A DNA stretch of 61,942 bases, filler included, from Candidatus Zapsychrus exili (GCA_030765585.1; 3 parts of 3 records of this genome joined end to end with filler, not necessarily neighbours in it), one strand, 5' to 3'. Shown: positions 30,922 through 41,104, counted from the first letter of the whole stretch. Notes: generated by a model from the letters alone, not told the origin. Numbers and translations: made by a program.

Positions 30922-31633
30922 TACAAATCATCTCCCTTTCTCTTAAACTTATCCAATAAAATTGCAAATGTTACCTTTATCATATAATAAAGGGTCTTTA
31001 AATATCGTATTGAGCTTGTTCCTGAGACTCTTTTATTCATCTTAACTGCAGTCTCTTTTATTTTTGCCATATATCTATCTGCTACTAATATTTCCTCTGG
31101 TTCTGGAAAATCGTGCGGATAATATTCTGCAAAGATTTTAATCATTCGCTTATTGTATGCCCTAAATCCAGATGTTGGGTCGGTAACTTTATAATCCGTT
31201 AACAAACTAATAAGTGAAGAAAAAAAATTTATACCTATTCTGCGCACAAAAGAAAACCTATAATTTGAAAGAGAACCAACAAAACGACTTCCTATTGCTA
31301 TATCCAACTCTTCCTTTAATAAAAAATCTATTATTTTTTCCAAATAACTAATATCATGTTGACCATCCCCATCAATTCTAACAACTAAATCAAATTCGTG
31401 ATTTCTTGCGTATTTAAATCCTGTCTGTACTGCGGCTCCTATCCCTAAATTAAATGGTAAAGAAACAACATTGGCTCCTGCATCTTCTGCCATCTTTGCT
31501 GTTTTATCTACAGATCCATCGTCGATAACCAGAACATCTGATGAAAGTTTTAATGAAAACGCCTCTTTCACAGTATTTGCTATGTTTCCTTCTTCATTGT
31601 ATGCTGGAATTATAACTGTATTTTATTTTTCAT
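30921..31633 (-). pseudogene. DPM1-like glycosyltransferase family 2, frameshifted near the start
   Basis: ATG 31633 reads MKNKIQL*, while TVIIPAYNEE...DDGS...DGDGQH...DPTSGFR lies in another frame; adding one base restores a 237-aa ORF. Confidence 0.72.
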
Positions 31634-31643
31634 AATAAATTTT

Positions 31644-32929
31644 TCACTTAATATCTTTTTCTTTCATTTTGTTCTTATAAATAAGATACATTGTAGCATA
31701 ATCAATGATATTTCTATCTTCTTCAGCCCCAAAATAGCGATTAGGGCTAAGGCCTCTAAAACTAAACACGCTGCCGTCAGGATGATGGCCTCTCCCTGTG
31801 ACTAAAAGCATCATAGAACCATCTTCTAAGTCAAACATACTTTTTAAGAGCACTTGTCCTGCAGAGTTTTCTCCCATAAGAGCAGCAATACCTCTTTTTT
31901 GCATTACTCCAGAGAATAACTCTGACGCGCTACCAGACCCTTCATTTATCAATATTGCTAAAGGGCCGCTATATTTAAATTTAGTTGGCATATTGGGAAC
32001 ATACAACATAGATTTCTCTTCATCTCTTCTTTGGAAATAAGCGAACTCTTCTCCTGGTCTGGTTCCAAAAAGAATGAAGAAAACTCTCTAGCAGCTAGTG
32101 GTGAGCCGCCAGGGTTACCTCTTAAATCAATTATCAGACCGTTTATTGGACCATTTTTCTTAAAATATTCTAAAAAACGAAAAATATCCTCAGCTGTCTT
32201 TCTATTAAAATGAACAATTTCTAGACCATATATACCTGCAGCTTTAGTGGGAAATATAAAAACCTGCTGCTTAAAATAATTCTTACTTACAACATCAATG
32301 TCCCTATGGACACTGTCACTTTTATCAAAAAAACCTATTCTTACCTGCTCATCTGCGAAAGGAGTTAATAATTCGTTAATCTTTTCTACATTAAACTCCT
32401 TTATATCATTTTCATCAATCTTTACAATAATATCGCCTATTCTTAAACCCTTTACATAAGCATCTGAACGTGGCTCTACTTGCGTAGCTTCATACCCATC
32501 TTTTACTAATTCACCCACTATTCCTAGATCAATCTTCCTTCCTAAAACGCTAGCTACATATTCTTTTGCTGGTTTAGGTGGATAAAAAGCAGAAAATATA
32601 TCATACGTCTCCTTCAATTTTTTTATAAGTAAATCAGCGCTTCTCCAGCGCGTAGAATCGATAACTTCATCCTTATCTTCTAGCTTGCTATAAATTTTCT
32701 CATCAAAAGTATTTAAAAACTCTTCAAAAACTCCACGTTCTATTGGCTTAAAATAATTCTTGTTCATCACATCATAAACTTCTTCAAAAAATTCAATATA
32801 CTTTGTATAGGCAGCACCTTTTTCGTCTTTATTAGCCGCATATACAATATTTTGCGCTCCAAAGAACAAAATAACGGACAATAATATGGTTCTATTAAAT
32901 AATGTCGTACGATTTAATTTAAAATACAT
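31644..32929 (-). pseudogene. S41 family (CtpA-like) C-terminal protease with PDZ domain, split by a 5-bp duplication
   Basis: IIDLRGNPGG in ORF 31958..32929 and GSASELF in ORF 31644..32009. Removing one CTGGT at 32054-32063 joins them (LEPGEEFAYFQRR...), giving 426 aa. Confidence 0.8.
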
Positions 32930-33014
32930 AAACTTATATTAAACAAGTTTGTAATGGCAAGGAAAAATATTAACAAGCGCATCTTCTCTTTATATTATAT
33001 ATAAGAATAAACTT

Positions 33015-33428
33015 TTATCTCATATACTTTTTAATATCAGAAGATTCAAATTGCGTTATACGGCCATCTTCGTTTTTATCAAAAACTTCCAGGATTCTTG
33101 AATTAATTGCAATCCAACCTCTTCTTTGCAGTGTAAAATGAATATCTAAAATAAATTTCTTAATCTCTTCTTTTTGAAGTATTTTATCCTTATTTAAATC
33201 ATATATTTCTTCAATTTTATTAGAAACTTCTGGGGAAGATTCCAACATTTCTTCAATCCTTAAATGGAATGGATTTTTAGAGATAGGTTTTACTTGTTGG
33301 GTATTTTTATTTTCTTCTACCTTAACAACATCTTTAATGTTTTCTGAAGAAGCAAATTTTATATAAACAAAAACGAACATAAAAAGAAAAGCAAAAGTTA
33401 ACATAACCAATTTTTTTATTTTAATCAT
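33015..33428 (-). CDS. Exported or membrane-anchored EF-hand-like protein
   Basis: N-terminal basic+hydrophobic segment; loops DLNKDKILQKEE and DKNEDGRITQFE. Confidence 0.6.
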   Translation of the reverse strand: MIKIKKLVMLTFAFLFMFVFVYIKFASSENIKDVVKVEENKNTQQVKPISKNPFHLRIEEMLESSPEVSNKIEEIYDLNKDKILQKEEIKKFILDIHFTLQRRGWIAINSRILEVFDKNEDGRITQFESSDIKKYMR

Positions 33429-33462
33429 ATTTAAAAGCTTTCTTAGTATTAATTTTTATTAT

Positions 33463-34200
33463 CTAAACTGCCATAAGCTCTTCTAAATTAATAACAACTT
33501 CTTTTTCTTCTACAAATTTCTTTAATAAATTGCTCTCGCTTTTTGTTAAAAAATTACCCTGCTCATAAACGCGAAATTCCTTCTTAAGATTATTTTTTAA
33601 ATCAATTAAAGAAATATCTGCATTAGATACAAAATCTCGATGATGTCTCCCTTTTCTATAATCAGGCATATCTTTTGGGGCTTCTAAATACTTTTCAATC
33701 TTATTTAAGTCAAAACCATAAAGTATCGTGCCATGATGTAAAATAAATTCTCTTCCTCTTTTTTGCGCATTGCCCGATATTTTCTTAGAATTAGATTTAA
33801 GAGCAATATCTGAGATTGGCATAAATGCGGATTCCAATCCCAATTTATCTAAAGCCCTTGTAACCTTGCCAAGAATAAAATTATAAGATTTGCCTATGTC
33901 CGATAACTTTGGATTTATCTTTTTTGAAAGGATTAAAGAATAATTAAAACAACCTCTTCCTTGCAACACAGTACCTCCGCCCGAGCATCTTTTTAAAACA
34001 GGTATTTTATCCTCCAGAACATTATCAATCTTTATATCTTCAGTCTCTTTAGAGATTCTCCCTAAAACAACAAAAGGTTCTTTGGATTCCCAAAATCTTA
34101 AGACCTCTCCAGTGTTTTCATTTTCTGCTAAATGAAAAAGAACTTCATCAAACAAAATATTTTCTTCTGGACTATTGAATGAAATATCTTTTAGTATCAT
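33463..34200 (-). CDS. Lipoate-protein ligase / octanoyltransferase family protein
   Basis: LRFWE, KRCSGGGTV, KKISGNAQ, HHGTILY; last gene of the gcv operon. Confidence 0.88.
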   Translation of the reverse strand: MILKDISFNSPEENILFDEVLFHLAENENTGEVLRFWESKEPFVVLGRISKETEDIKIDNVLEDKIPVLKRCSGGGTVLQGRGCFNYSLILSKKINPKLSDIGKSYNFILGKVTRALDKLGLESAFMPISDIALKSNSKKISGNAQKRGREFILHHGTILYGFDLNKIEKYLEAPKDMPDYRKGRHHRDFVSNADISLIDLKNNLKKEFRVYEQGNFLTKSESNLLKKFVEEKEVVINLEELMAV

Positions 34201-34206
34201 AAAAAA

Positions 34207-35652
34207 TTAAATAAAGTAGCTCGTATTAATGTCCATTGCTGCTTTTACTTCGTTTGGACGACTTACAGGGGTTGTTTTTGGAAAATCTTTAAAATCTTCT
34301 GGAGATTTTTTGCTTAAAACATCTGCTTCTTTCATTTTCTCAATGAACCAATCTATGGTACTTTTTGACTCTGTTTCAGTAGGTTCAATCATTATCGCTT
34401 CTTTAACAGTCAAAGGAAAATATACTGTAGGTGGATGCATGCCTTGATCTATCAAAAATTTTGCTATATCTATTGCGTGCACTCCTCTGCCTGCTTGCTT
34501 ACTTGCTGAAAAGACACATTCATGCATACAATGCCTATCATAAGCCAAGTCATAATATTCTTTTAACTGTTCTTTAATATAATTTGCATTTAACACAGCC
34601 ATATTGCTTACCTCTTTTAGGCCTTCTTTTCCTAAAAGAAGGATATATGCGTAAGCTCTTAACAGTATCGAAAAGTTCCCATAAAAAGACGCAATATATC
34701 CTATAGATTCTGGATAATCGTAATCTAGAGAATAAAATCCTTTATCATCTTTTATAACCCTAGATATTGGCAAATATGGTATAAGTTTTTTATTCACTCC
34801 AACAGGTCCTGCTCCTGGCCCTCCGCCACCATGCGGAGTTGAAAAAGTTTTGTGAATATTAATATGCACAATATCAAAACCAACATCTGCAGGCCTACAC
34901 CTTCCTAAAGTAGCATTTAAATTTGCTCCATCATAATACATAAGCCCGTCAACCGCGTGAATCATATCAGCTATCTTTTCAATATCAGAATTAAAAACTC
35001 CATGCGTATTAGGAGACGTTAACATAAGCCCAGCTACTTCATCAGTTACCACTTCTTTTAATTTTTCTAAATCTATAACACCATTTTTATCTGATGGGAC
35101 ACAAATCATTTCGTATCCTGCAATAGCTGCTGTTGCAGGATTTGTACCATGAGATGCGTCTGGTACAATAATATATTTTTTCTTATTTCCTTTTACTTTA
35201 TGATAAGCGGCTATCATCATAACACCAGTCAACTCTCCGTGGGCCCCCGCTAATGGCTGCATAGTAAATGCATCCATACCTGTTATTTCGCACAATAATT
35301 GCTCCATTTCAAAAAGCACTTCAAGCGAGCCTTGTACTAATTTCTCCCCTTGTTTTAATTGCGGCAATAAAGGGTGCATATCTGCAAATTCTGGCATAGC
35401 TGCTATTTTCTCTGTAAACTTTGGATTATATTTCATAGTACAGGACCCTAAAGGGTAAAAATGAGTATCTACTCCAAAGTTTCTTTTAGAAAGTCTTGAA
35501 AAGTGACGTATAACATCCAATTCAGAAAGCTCTGGCAATTTAGCAGCTTCTTTTCTTGTGTACTTAGATGGTACCTTAGCATCTCCAACATCGCTGTTAG
35601 GATTTAAATACCCTCTTAAGCCATCTACACTTTTTTCAAAAATTAATTCCAT
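34207..35652 (-). CDS. gcvPB: Glycine dehydrogenase subunit 2
   Basis: YPLGSCTMKYNP, AGAHGE, HGTNPATA, HKTFSTPHGGGGPG. Confidence 0.97.
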   Translation of the reverse strand: MELIFEKSVDGLRGYLNPNSDVGDAKVPSKYTRKEAAKLPELSELDVIRHFSRLSKRNFGVDTHFYPLGSCTMKYNPKFTEKIAAMPEFADMHPLLPQLKQGEKLVQGSLEVLFEMEQLLCEITGMDAFTMQPLAGAHGELTGVMMIAAYHKVKGNKKKYIIVPDASHGTNPATAAIAGYEMICVPSDKNGVIDLEKLKEVVTDEVAGLMLTSPNTHGVFNSDIEKIADMIHAVDGLMYYDGANLNATLGRCRPADVGFDIVHINIHKTFSTPHGGGGPGAGPVGVNKKLIPYLPISRVIKDDKGFYSLDYDYPESIGYIASFYGNFSILLRAYAYILLLGKEGLKEVSNMAVLNANYIKEQLKEYYDLAYDRHCMHECVFSASKQAGRGVHAIDIAKFLIDQGMHPPTVYFPLTVKEAIMIEPTETESKSTIDWFIEKMKEADVLSKKSPEDFKDFPKTTPVSRPNEVKAAMDINTSYFI

Positions 35653-35662
35653 AATTTTTCTA

Positions 35663-35795
35663 AAATACGAAACTCTAAACTCGAAATACTAAACAAATCA
35701 AAAGTAATAAATTCAAATAATTTCAATACCTTTTAAAATTTTGGTCATTCAAATTTCTAATTTGTTTCTAATTTCGAATTTAGGATTTAGGATTT
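35663..35795. repeat. Long imperfect inverted repeat built of heptamer units between gcvPA and gcvPB
   Basis: AAATACGAAACTCTAAACTCGAAATACTAAACAAAT (35663-35698) pairs with ATTTGTTTCTAATTTCGAATTTAGGATTTAGGATTT (35760-35795). Confidence 0.75.
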
Positions 35796-37133
35796 ATCCT
35801 TTAATACCTCTTTTAGAGCCTTTGCATAATTTAAAATCTCTTCTTTAGTTCTTTTTTCTGTTACAGCAATAATCATATAATGTTCCATGCCTTTATAATA
35901 TCGTCCTAACGGAAATCCTGCAGCGAAACCTTTGTTTATCATTTGCTCGACTACATAACATGCGTCCTTCGACAAACAAACTGTAAATTCATTAAATGTT
36001 GGTGAACTTCTTTTGACCTCTACACCTTTTATTTTCTCAAGCGTTTGCCTTGCGAATTCTCCTTTTTTATAATTAAGCTCGGCTAACTCCTTAAAACCCT
36101 GCTTACCCAACAAAGACATAAAGACCAAACCCTGTAAAGCACAAAGAGCTGCATTAGTACAAATATTTGAAGTTGCTTTTTCTCGTCTTATATGTTGCTC
36201 TCTTGCTTGCAAAGTATTTACAAAACATCTTCGACCTTGCTTATCTGTAGTCTCTCCAACAATTCTTCCTGGCATTTTACGCACATATTTCTTTTTAGTG
36301 GCCATAAATCCAAAATAAGGCCCTCCTAAATTAAGAGGTAGTCCTAAGCTTTGACCATCGCCAACTACAATATCAGCCCCCATCTCTCCTGGAGTTTTAA
36401 GTACGCCTAAAGATATAGGATACACGCTCTCAATAACTAAAATTCCTTTACTATGAGCTTGTTCAATAATGTCTGAATGATCATCAATGGCTCCAAAAAA
36501 GTTTGGATTTTGCAATATAATAGCAGCAGTATCTTTATCCAATAATTCACTAATTTTATCTCTATCGCTATGACCATGCGTGACAGGGGTTTCTTCAAAC
36601 TCAAAATTTAAATTGCTTGTATAAGTTTTTAAAATCTTTCTATATATTGGACTTACGCCACCATCCATAATAATTTTATTACGCTTAGTAACACGAATAG
36701 CCATCATAGCAGCTTCGTAAAGAGCTGTTCCTCCATCATAAAGAGAAGCGTTAGCAATATCCATATTGGTTAATGTACAAATAGAACTTTGAAATTCATA
36801 TAATGCCTGCAAAAACCCCTGTGAACATTCTGGTTGATATGGGGTATAAGCTGTATAAAATTCTGACCTAGACATAACTGTAGATAGTGCAGCAGGAACA
36901 TAGTGGTCGTAATAACCTCCACCAACAAAATTAATCAAACTAGAAGTATTTTTACAAGCAATGGCTTGAAGTTTTTTGACTACCTCAAATTCTGATTTAC
37001 CAGATGGCAGATTAAATGACTTTGGAGAATGCTTGGGTCCGATATCCTTAAACAAATCGTCTACAGATTCTACACCGATACATTTAAGCATCTCCTCTAC
37101 ATCTTTTTTTGTATTAGCAATATAAGGAATCAC
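35787..37133 (-). CDS. gcvPA: Glycine dehydrogenase subunit 1
   Basis: EFYTAYTPYQPECSQG, NASLYDG, QAREQHIRREKATSNICT. Confidence 0.97.
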   Translation of the reverse strand: MIPYIANTKKDVEEMLKCIGVESVDDLFKDIGPKHSPKSFNLPSGKSEFEVVKKLQAIACKNTSSLINFVGGGYYDHYVPAALSTVMSRSEFYTAYTPYQPECSQGFLQALYEFQSSICTLTNMDIANASLYDGGTALYEAAMMAIRVTKRNKIIMDGGVSPIYRKILKTYTSNLNFEFEETPVTHGHSDRDKISELLDKDTAAIILQNPNFFGAIDDHSDIIEQAHSKGILVIESVYPISLGVLKTPGEMGADIVVGDGQSLGLPLNLGGPYFGFMATKKKYVRKMPGRIVGETTDKQGRRCFVNTLQAREQHIRREKATSNICTNAALCALQGLVFMSLLGKQGFKELAELNYKKGEFARQTLEKIKGVEVKRSSPTFNEFTVCLSKDACYVVEQMINKGFAAGFPLGRYYKGMEHYMIIAVTEKRTKEEILNYAKALKEVLKDKS

Positions 37134-37204
37134 TGCGGATTAATCTCCAAAAAGCATAAAAATGCTTATTCTAAGTAATATGTAGAATTAAATAAATACT
37201 AACC

Positions 37205-37591
37205 TTAACCTTCAGATTCTAAAAACTTTCGATATTCATCGGCTGTCATTAGGTTGGAAGCCTCTTCGGGATCTGAAATTTCTATTTTTGCAATCCATCC
37301 ATTTTCATAAGGAGACTTGTTTATAAGGCCGGGCTCTACTTCTAAATCGTTATTTACCTCAACAATCTTTCCAGACATTGGAGAAAAAATATCACTTGCT
37401 GCTTTAACTGATTCAACAGAAGCAAGATCTCCAAATTGATCTATTTCGTCGTCCTTTGCTGGCAACTCTACAAATGTTATGTCGCCTAAAGATTCTTGAG
37501 CATAATCTGAAATGCCAACAGTCACAATATTATCTTCTATGCTGGCCCATTCATGTTCTTTCGTGTAAATAAAATTATCATTAACTTCCAT
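37205..37591 (-). CDS. gcvH: Glycine cleavage system H protein
   Basis: YTKEHEW, GISDYAQESLGDI, VESVKAASD (lipoyl-Lys). Confidence 0.97.
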   Translation of the reverse strand: MEVNDNFIYTKEHEWASIEDNIVTVGISDYAQESLGDITFVELPAKDDEIDQFGDLASVESVKAASDIFSPMSGKIVEVNNDLEVEPGLINKSPYENGWIAKIEISDPEEASNLMTADEYRKFLESEG

Positions 37592-37602
37592 ATGGCTTTC
37601 TC

Positions 37603-38700
37603 CTATTTTTTAAGGGAACCTCTTTTATAAAATAATTTTGACGAAACTACTGCTTCTTCTCTCTTGTTTTCATTACCAAACAAAATTTTATTATCCCTAT
37701 CAGCATGCTCTGTCAAAACAAATCCTAGTCCTATGCCACGCTCCATCTCTGGAGAAAATGTTCCGCTTGTCACAACACCAATCTCTTTATCCTCTGCATA
37801 AATTTTCTGCTCTGCGCGAGGAGACCTTCTGCTACTAGACACAAAACCAACTATTTTTCTTTTTAAGCCTTCTTGTTTTTGTCTAGTAATCACATCCTTA
37901 CCTATAAAATTTTTATTCAAATCAACAAATCTACTTAAACCAGACTCTAGCGGACTTACATCTTCGCCTAGCTCATGGCCATAAAGACTATATCCCATCT
38001 CAAGCCTTAAAACATCTCTTGCCCCTAGTCCAGCTGGTTTAACTTTGCCGTCTTCTAAAAGAGCATTCCAAAGAACCTTTACTTTATCTGCAGGATAATA
38101 TATTTCATATCCCAACTCACCAGTATAACCTGTTCGACTAATAATAACATTCTCACCCAAAAGTTGAAAATAATCAAATGTATAATAATCTAATTTACTG
38201 ACATCATCAACAAAAGAACTTAAAATTTCTCTTGATCTCGGGCCTTGTAAATCTAGCTTAGCAGTTGATTCTGACACATCTTTAAAACAAGCCTTAGAAC
38301 TCAATCTAGATTTAACATGTTCTTTATCTTTTTCTGTTGTTGCACTATTTACAACAAGAAACCACTTATCCTTATCTTCCCTAAAAACAATTAAATCATC
38401 AATCACGCCGCCGTCTTCATTTAGCATACAACCATATCTACATGACTTAATCGGCATATCAGATACAGACATGGTCAAAAGAGAATCCAATCCGCTTTCA
38501 ACACAATCTCCTTCTACTATAAACTCTCCCATGTGAGATATATCAAAAAGTGTTGCTTGCTCTCTAGTATATTTATATTCTGCTAAAATGCCTTCGTATT
38601 GTACTGGCATTTCCCAACCGCCAAAGTCTACCATTTTAGCAGAAAGAGCAATATGTGATTCGTAAAGAGGAGTTTTCTTTAAAGTTATTTTTTCTATCAT
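37603..38700 (-). CDS. gcvT: Glycine cleavage system aminomethyltransferase T
   Basis: FGGWEMPVQY, FDISHMG, SRTGYTGELGYE, GLGARDVLRLE. Confidence 0.97.
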   Translation of the reverse strand: MIEKITLKKTPLYESHIALSAKMVDFGGWEMPVQYEGILAEYKYTREQATLFDISHMGEFIVEGDCVESGLDSLLTMSVSDMPIKSCRYGCMLNEDGGVIDDLIVFREDKDKWFLVVNSATTEKDKEHVKSRLSSKACFKDVSESTAKLDLQGPRSREILSSFVDDVSKLDYYTFDYFQLLGENVIISRTGYTGELGYEIYYPADKVKVLWNALLEDGKVKPAGLGARDVLRLEMGYSLYGHELGEDVSPLESGLSRFVDLNKNFIGKDVITRQKQEGLKRKIVGFVSSSRRSPRAEQKIYAEDKEIGVVTSGTFSPEMERGIGLGFVLTEHADRDNKILFGNENKREEAVVSSKLFYKRGSLKK

Positions 38701-38715
38701 AAGTTGTGAAAATAC

Positions 38716-38865
38716 TGGCTCTTTCTTTATATAAATTGCAAAAAGAGCCTAATTAGAGCCATTCGAATTATGGCTCAAATATTTTATATAAATACCAAAA
38801 CTTTGTAAAGAACTAAACCCATTTTTATTGGCTCTTTCTCAATTAAACTAAAAAAGAAAGAGCCT
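38716..38865. repeat. Three GGCTC/GAGCC-stem hairpins upstream of gcvT
   Basis: GGCTCTTT...AAAGAGCC at 38717-38749 and 38830-38864; GAGCCAT...ATGGCTC at 38756-38776. Confidence 0.65.
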
Positions 38866-38951
38866 GATTACACGGATTTTAAAAAAAGATTTTACAGATA
38901 AAGACAACTTGTCTTAATCAGTATAATCCGCATTTAATCTGTGCAATCAGG
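38863..38951. repeat. Palindromic GATTACAC(G/A)GAT-type hairpin element
   Basis: CCTGATTACACGGATT...AATCTGTGCAATCAGG, with inner AAGACA/TGTCTT. Confidence 0.7.
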
Positions 38952-38983
38952 GCCATTACATATATTTTAAGAAAATGACCCTT

Positions 38984-41104
38984 TTATTCCCCTACTCTTT
39001 TTTGGAATTTAGTATATATTCTATAATAATTTTTATCGTCTTCTTTGCCTGTTCTGTAAATCTTTATACGATAAGGGCCTATTTCTTGCCAAAATGGTTG
39101 CTTAAATTTAAAAATGGTCAAACCTCCGTTAGGGTTCGATGTAATTTCAGACGCTTTAATTGGATATGATCCATTTTTCTCTTTAGACAGAACCCACACA
39201 GGCGCTTTTATATCAAGTGAATATAGATAAGCAACTAGTCCATCCGTAGGATTTCCAACTTTATATATTCTTGTGACCAAGCTTTTCATGTTAGACGGAT
39301 TATTAACAATATCCATAATACCTTTATATAAATAAACTTTTTCTTTAGTTCCTATGTTTCTCACATCATCTTTTACTAAATGTATATATTCTTTTGACGG
39401 AACATTTTTTCTTTTATCACGCTGCAATTTAGCAGCATCTAGCAACCAAACTCTTCCTAGATATTTTTTATTCTTAGAAAATTGATTTAACATTAAATAT
39501 CTATGAGCTAGTGTTTCTTGCTCGAGTGACCATATAAAACTTGATACAAGAGTAGGAAATGAACAAACGGCATAATCTGCTAAATTGCCTTTCCTTATCA
39601 ATTCATTCAAGAAAATATCATCATCAAATTGCGCATAATCACTATGTGCTGCCAAATATATAGAATCTTTTGTAGTTGGCGGAATAAGAATATATCCCTC
39701 CTTAGGCTCTAATATATGATTTATATCAACAACTTTTAATTTCTCTTTCAAACTTGGATTTAAACAATCAATCATAACAGAGCGATGAGGATGTTTTTTA
39801 TATGTATAGATTTGAGATATGCCCAACTTCTCCATTTTGTTTGAAAGAAAATGGGTTGCCATTCGCGTAGGATAGGCATCGCTAAAGAAAGCATATGCAT
39901 TTAATGCTATGTGCAAAAGAAAAACAATAATAACTAATACCTGTAACGATTTCTTAGGCAAAAATTTACCTATAATTTTACTATCTTCTTTTAAGAAAAT
40001 ATAACCACTATAACCTATCATAAAAACTATACCCAACATCGTTGGGAAAAAAGTAGTTCCACATTGGGCGATCTTTTTAAACTCCAGAACAAAAGGAACA
40101 ATAAAACTTAGAACTATAACACCTATAGTTCTATAAAGAATTACTTTATCTTTTAAATAAGAGAAAGCGCACTTGTATATGAAATAAACTAAACATATGC
40201 AATATAGAGGAAACAAAACAGGCATTGTTATCATTAAAAATTTAAATATCCAAAACCATCCACCATTGGTTTGTGCTATATCCGTTTTGATCCATTGCTG
40301 CAGCACAGGTTGATTATAATAAAAATGATTATTATCAGACGCTGTATTTATATATGACATTGAGCCACTTAAACTACCTAAAGCTGTAGGATAAGTAAAA
40401 TAAATAAACGCAGCTAAAAATCCAAGAAAAGCACATATTATAAATTCTATCGACTCTCTGTAGGAGATGCCGCCTTTCTCTTCTTTATCTAAAATAAAAA
40501 ACTTATATAAGAAAACAGCAAAACAAAATGGGATATACGCTGCAGAAGTTATTGATGCAAAAAATGCGCATCCAAGAGATGCCCCAGAAAGAACGTAACA
40601 TGTGTATTTCAAAACAGATTTCTTAGATGCAAACAAAAGTAGTGCAATAGCGATAAGCACAAACATCAATCCTGTTATTTGATGCCTAATAAATAAAATA
40701 TACACATACGGCCAATAACTAGTTACGAAAACAAGATAAGTTATCCAAGCCGACTTTACATTCCATATCTTATAAGCAATTAAATAAATAAGAACAGATG
40801 CTATAAAAAAACTAAAAAGACACACAACAATAAAAGGCCTTAATGTGACAAGGTCGCCCATAATTCTTTGAACATCGGAAACAAGTAACAAAAACATTTC
40901 CTTGCTATGTAACCACAGAAGATTTGTATAATTATGTATCTCAGAGATATGTTTAAGCTCTGGTATTCTTAATGTAGCTGGAAAATAATAATCTTCTGCA
41001 TCGGTGGGCCAAAAGTTCATATTCCAAATCAAGCACCCCAAAGCAATAGAAATTATCAATGAACATAAAATAACAAGTACTAAATTTTTTTGTATAGTTG
41101 ACAT
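38984..41104 (-). CDS. Large multi-pass membrane protein, possibly GT-C (ArnT/PMT-like) glycosyltransferase
   Basis: About 10-11 TM segments, acidic motif WPTDAEDYY in the first loop, soluble C-terminal region; family assignment is inference. Confidence 0.55.
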   Translation of the reverse strand: MSTIQKNLVLVILCSLIISIALGCLIWNMNFWPTDAEDYYFPATLRIPELKHISEIHNYTNLLWLHSKEMFLLLVSDVQRIMGDLVTLRPFIVVCLFSFFIASVLIYLIAYKIWNVKSAWITYLVFVTSYWPYVYILFIRHQITGLMFVLIAIALLLFASKKSVLKYTCYVLSGASLGCAFFASITSAAYIPFCFAVFLYKFFILDKEEKGGISYRESIEFIICAFLGFLAAFIYFTYPTALGSLSGSMSYINTASDNNHFYYNQPVLQQWIKTDIAQTNGGWFWIFKFLMITMPVLFPLYCICLVYFIYKCAFSYLKDKVILYRTIGVIVLSFIVPFVLEFKKIAQCGTTFFPTMLGIVFMIGYSGYIFLKEDSKIIGKFLPKKSLQVLVIIVFLLHIALNAYAFFSDAYPTRMATHFLSNKMEKLGISQIYTYKKHPHRSVMIDCLNPSLKEKLKVVDINHILEPKEGYILIPPTTKDSIYLAAHSDYAQFDDDIFLNELIRKGNLADYAVCSFPTLVSSFIWSLEQETLAHRYLMLNQFSKNKKYLGRVWLLDAAKLQRDKRKNVPSKEYIHLVKDDVRNIGTKEKVYLYKGIMDIVNNPSNMKSLVTRIYKVGNPTDGLVAYLYSLDIKAPVWVLSKEKNGSYPIKASEITSNPNGGLTIFKFKQPFWQEIGPYRIKIYRTGKEDDKNYYRIYTKFQKRVGE

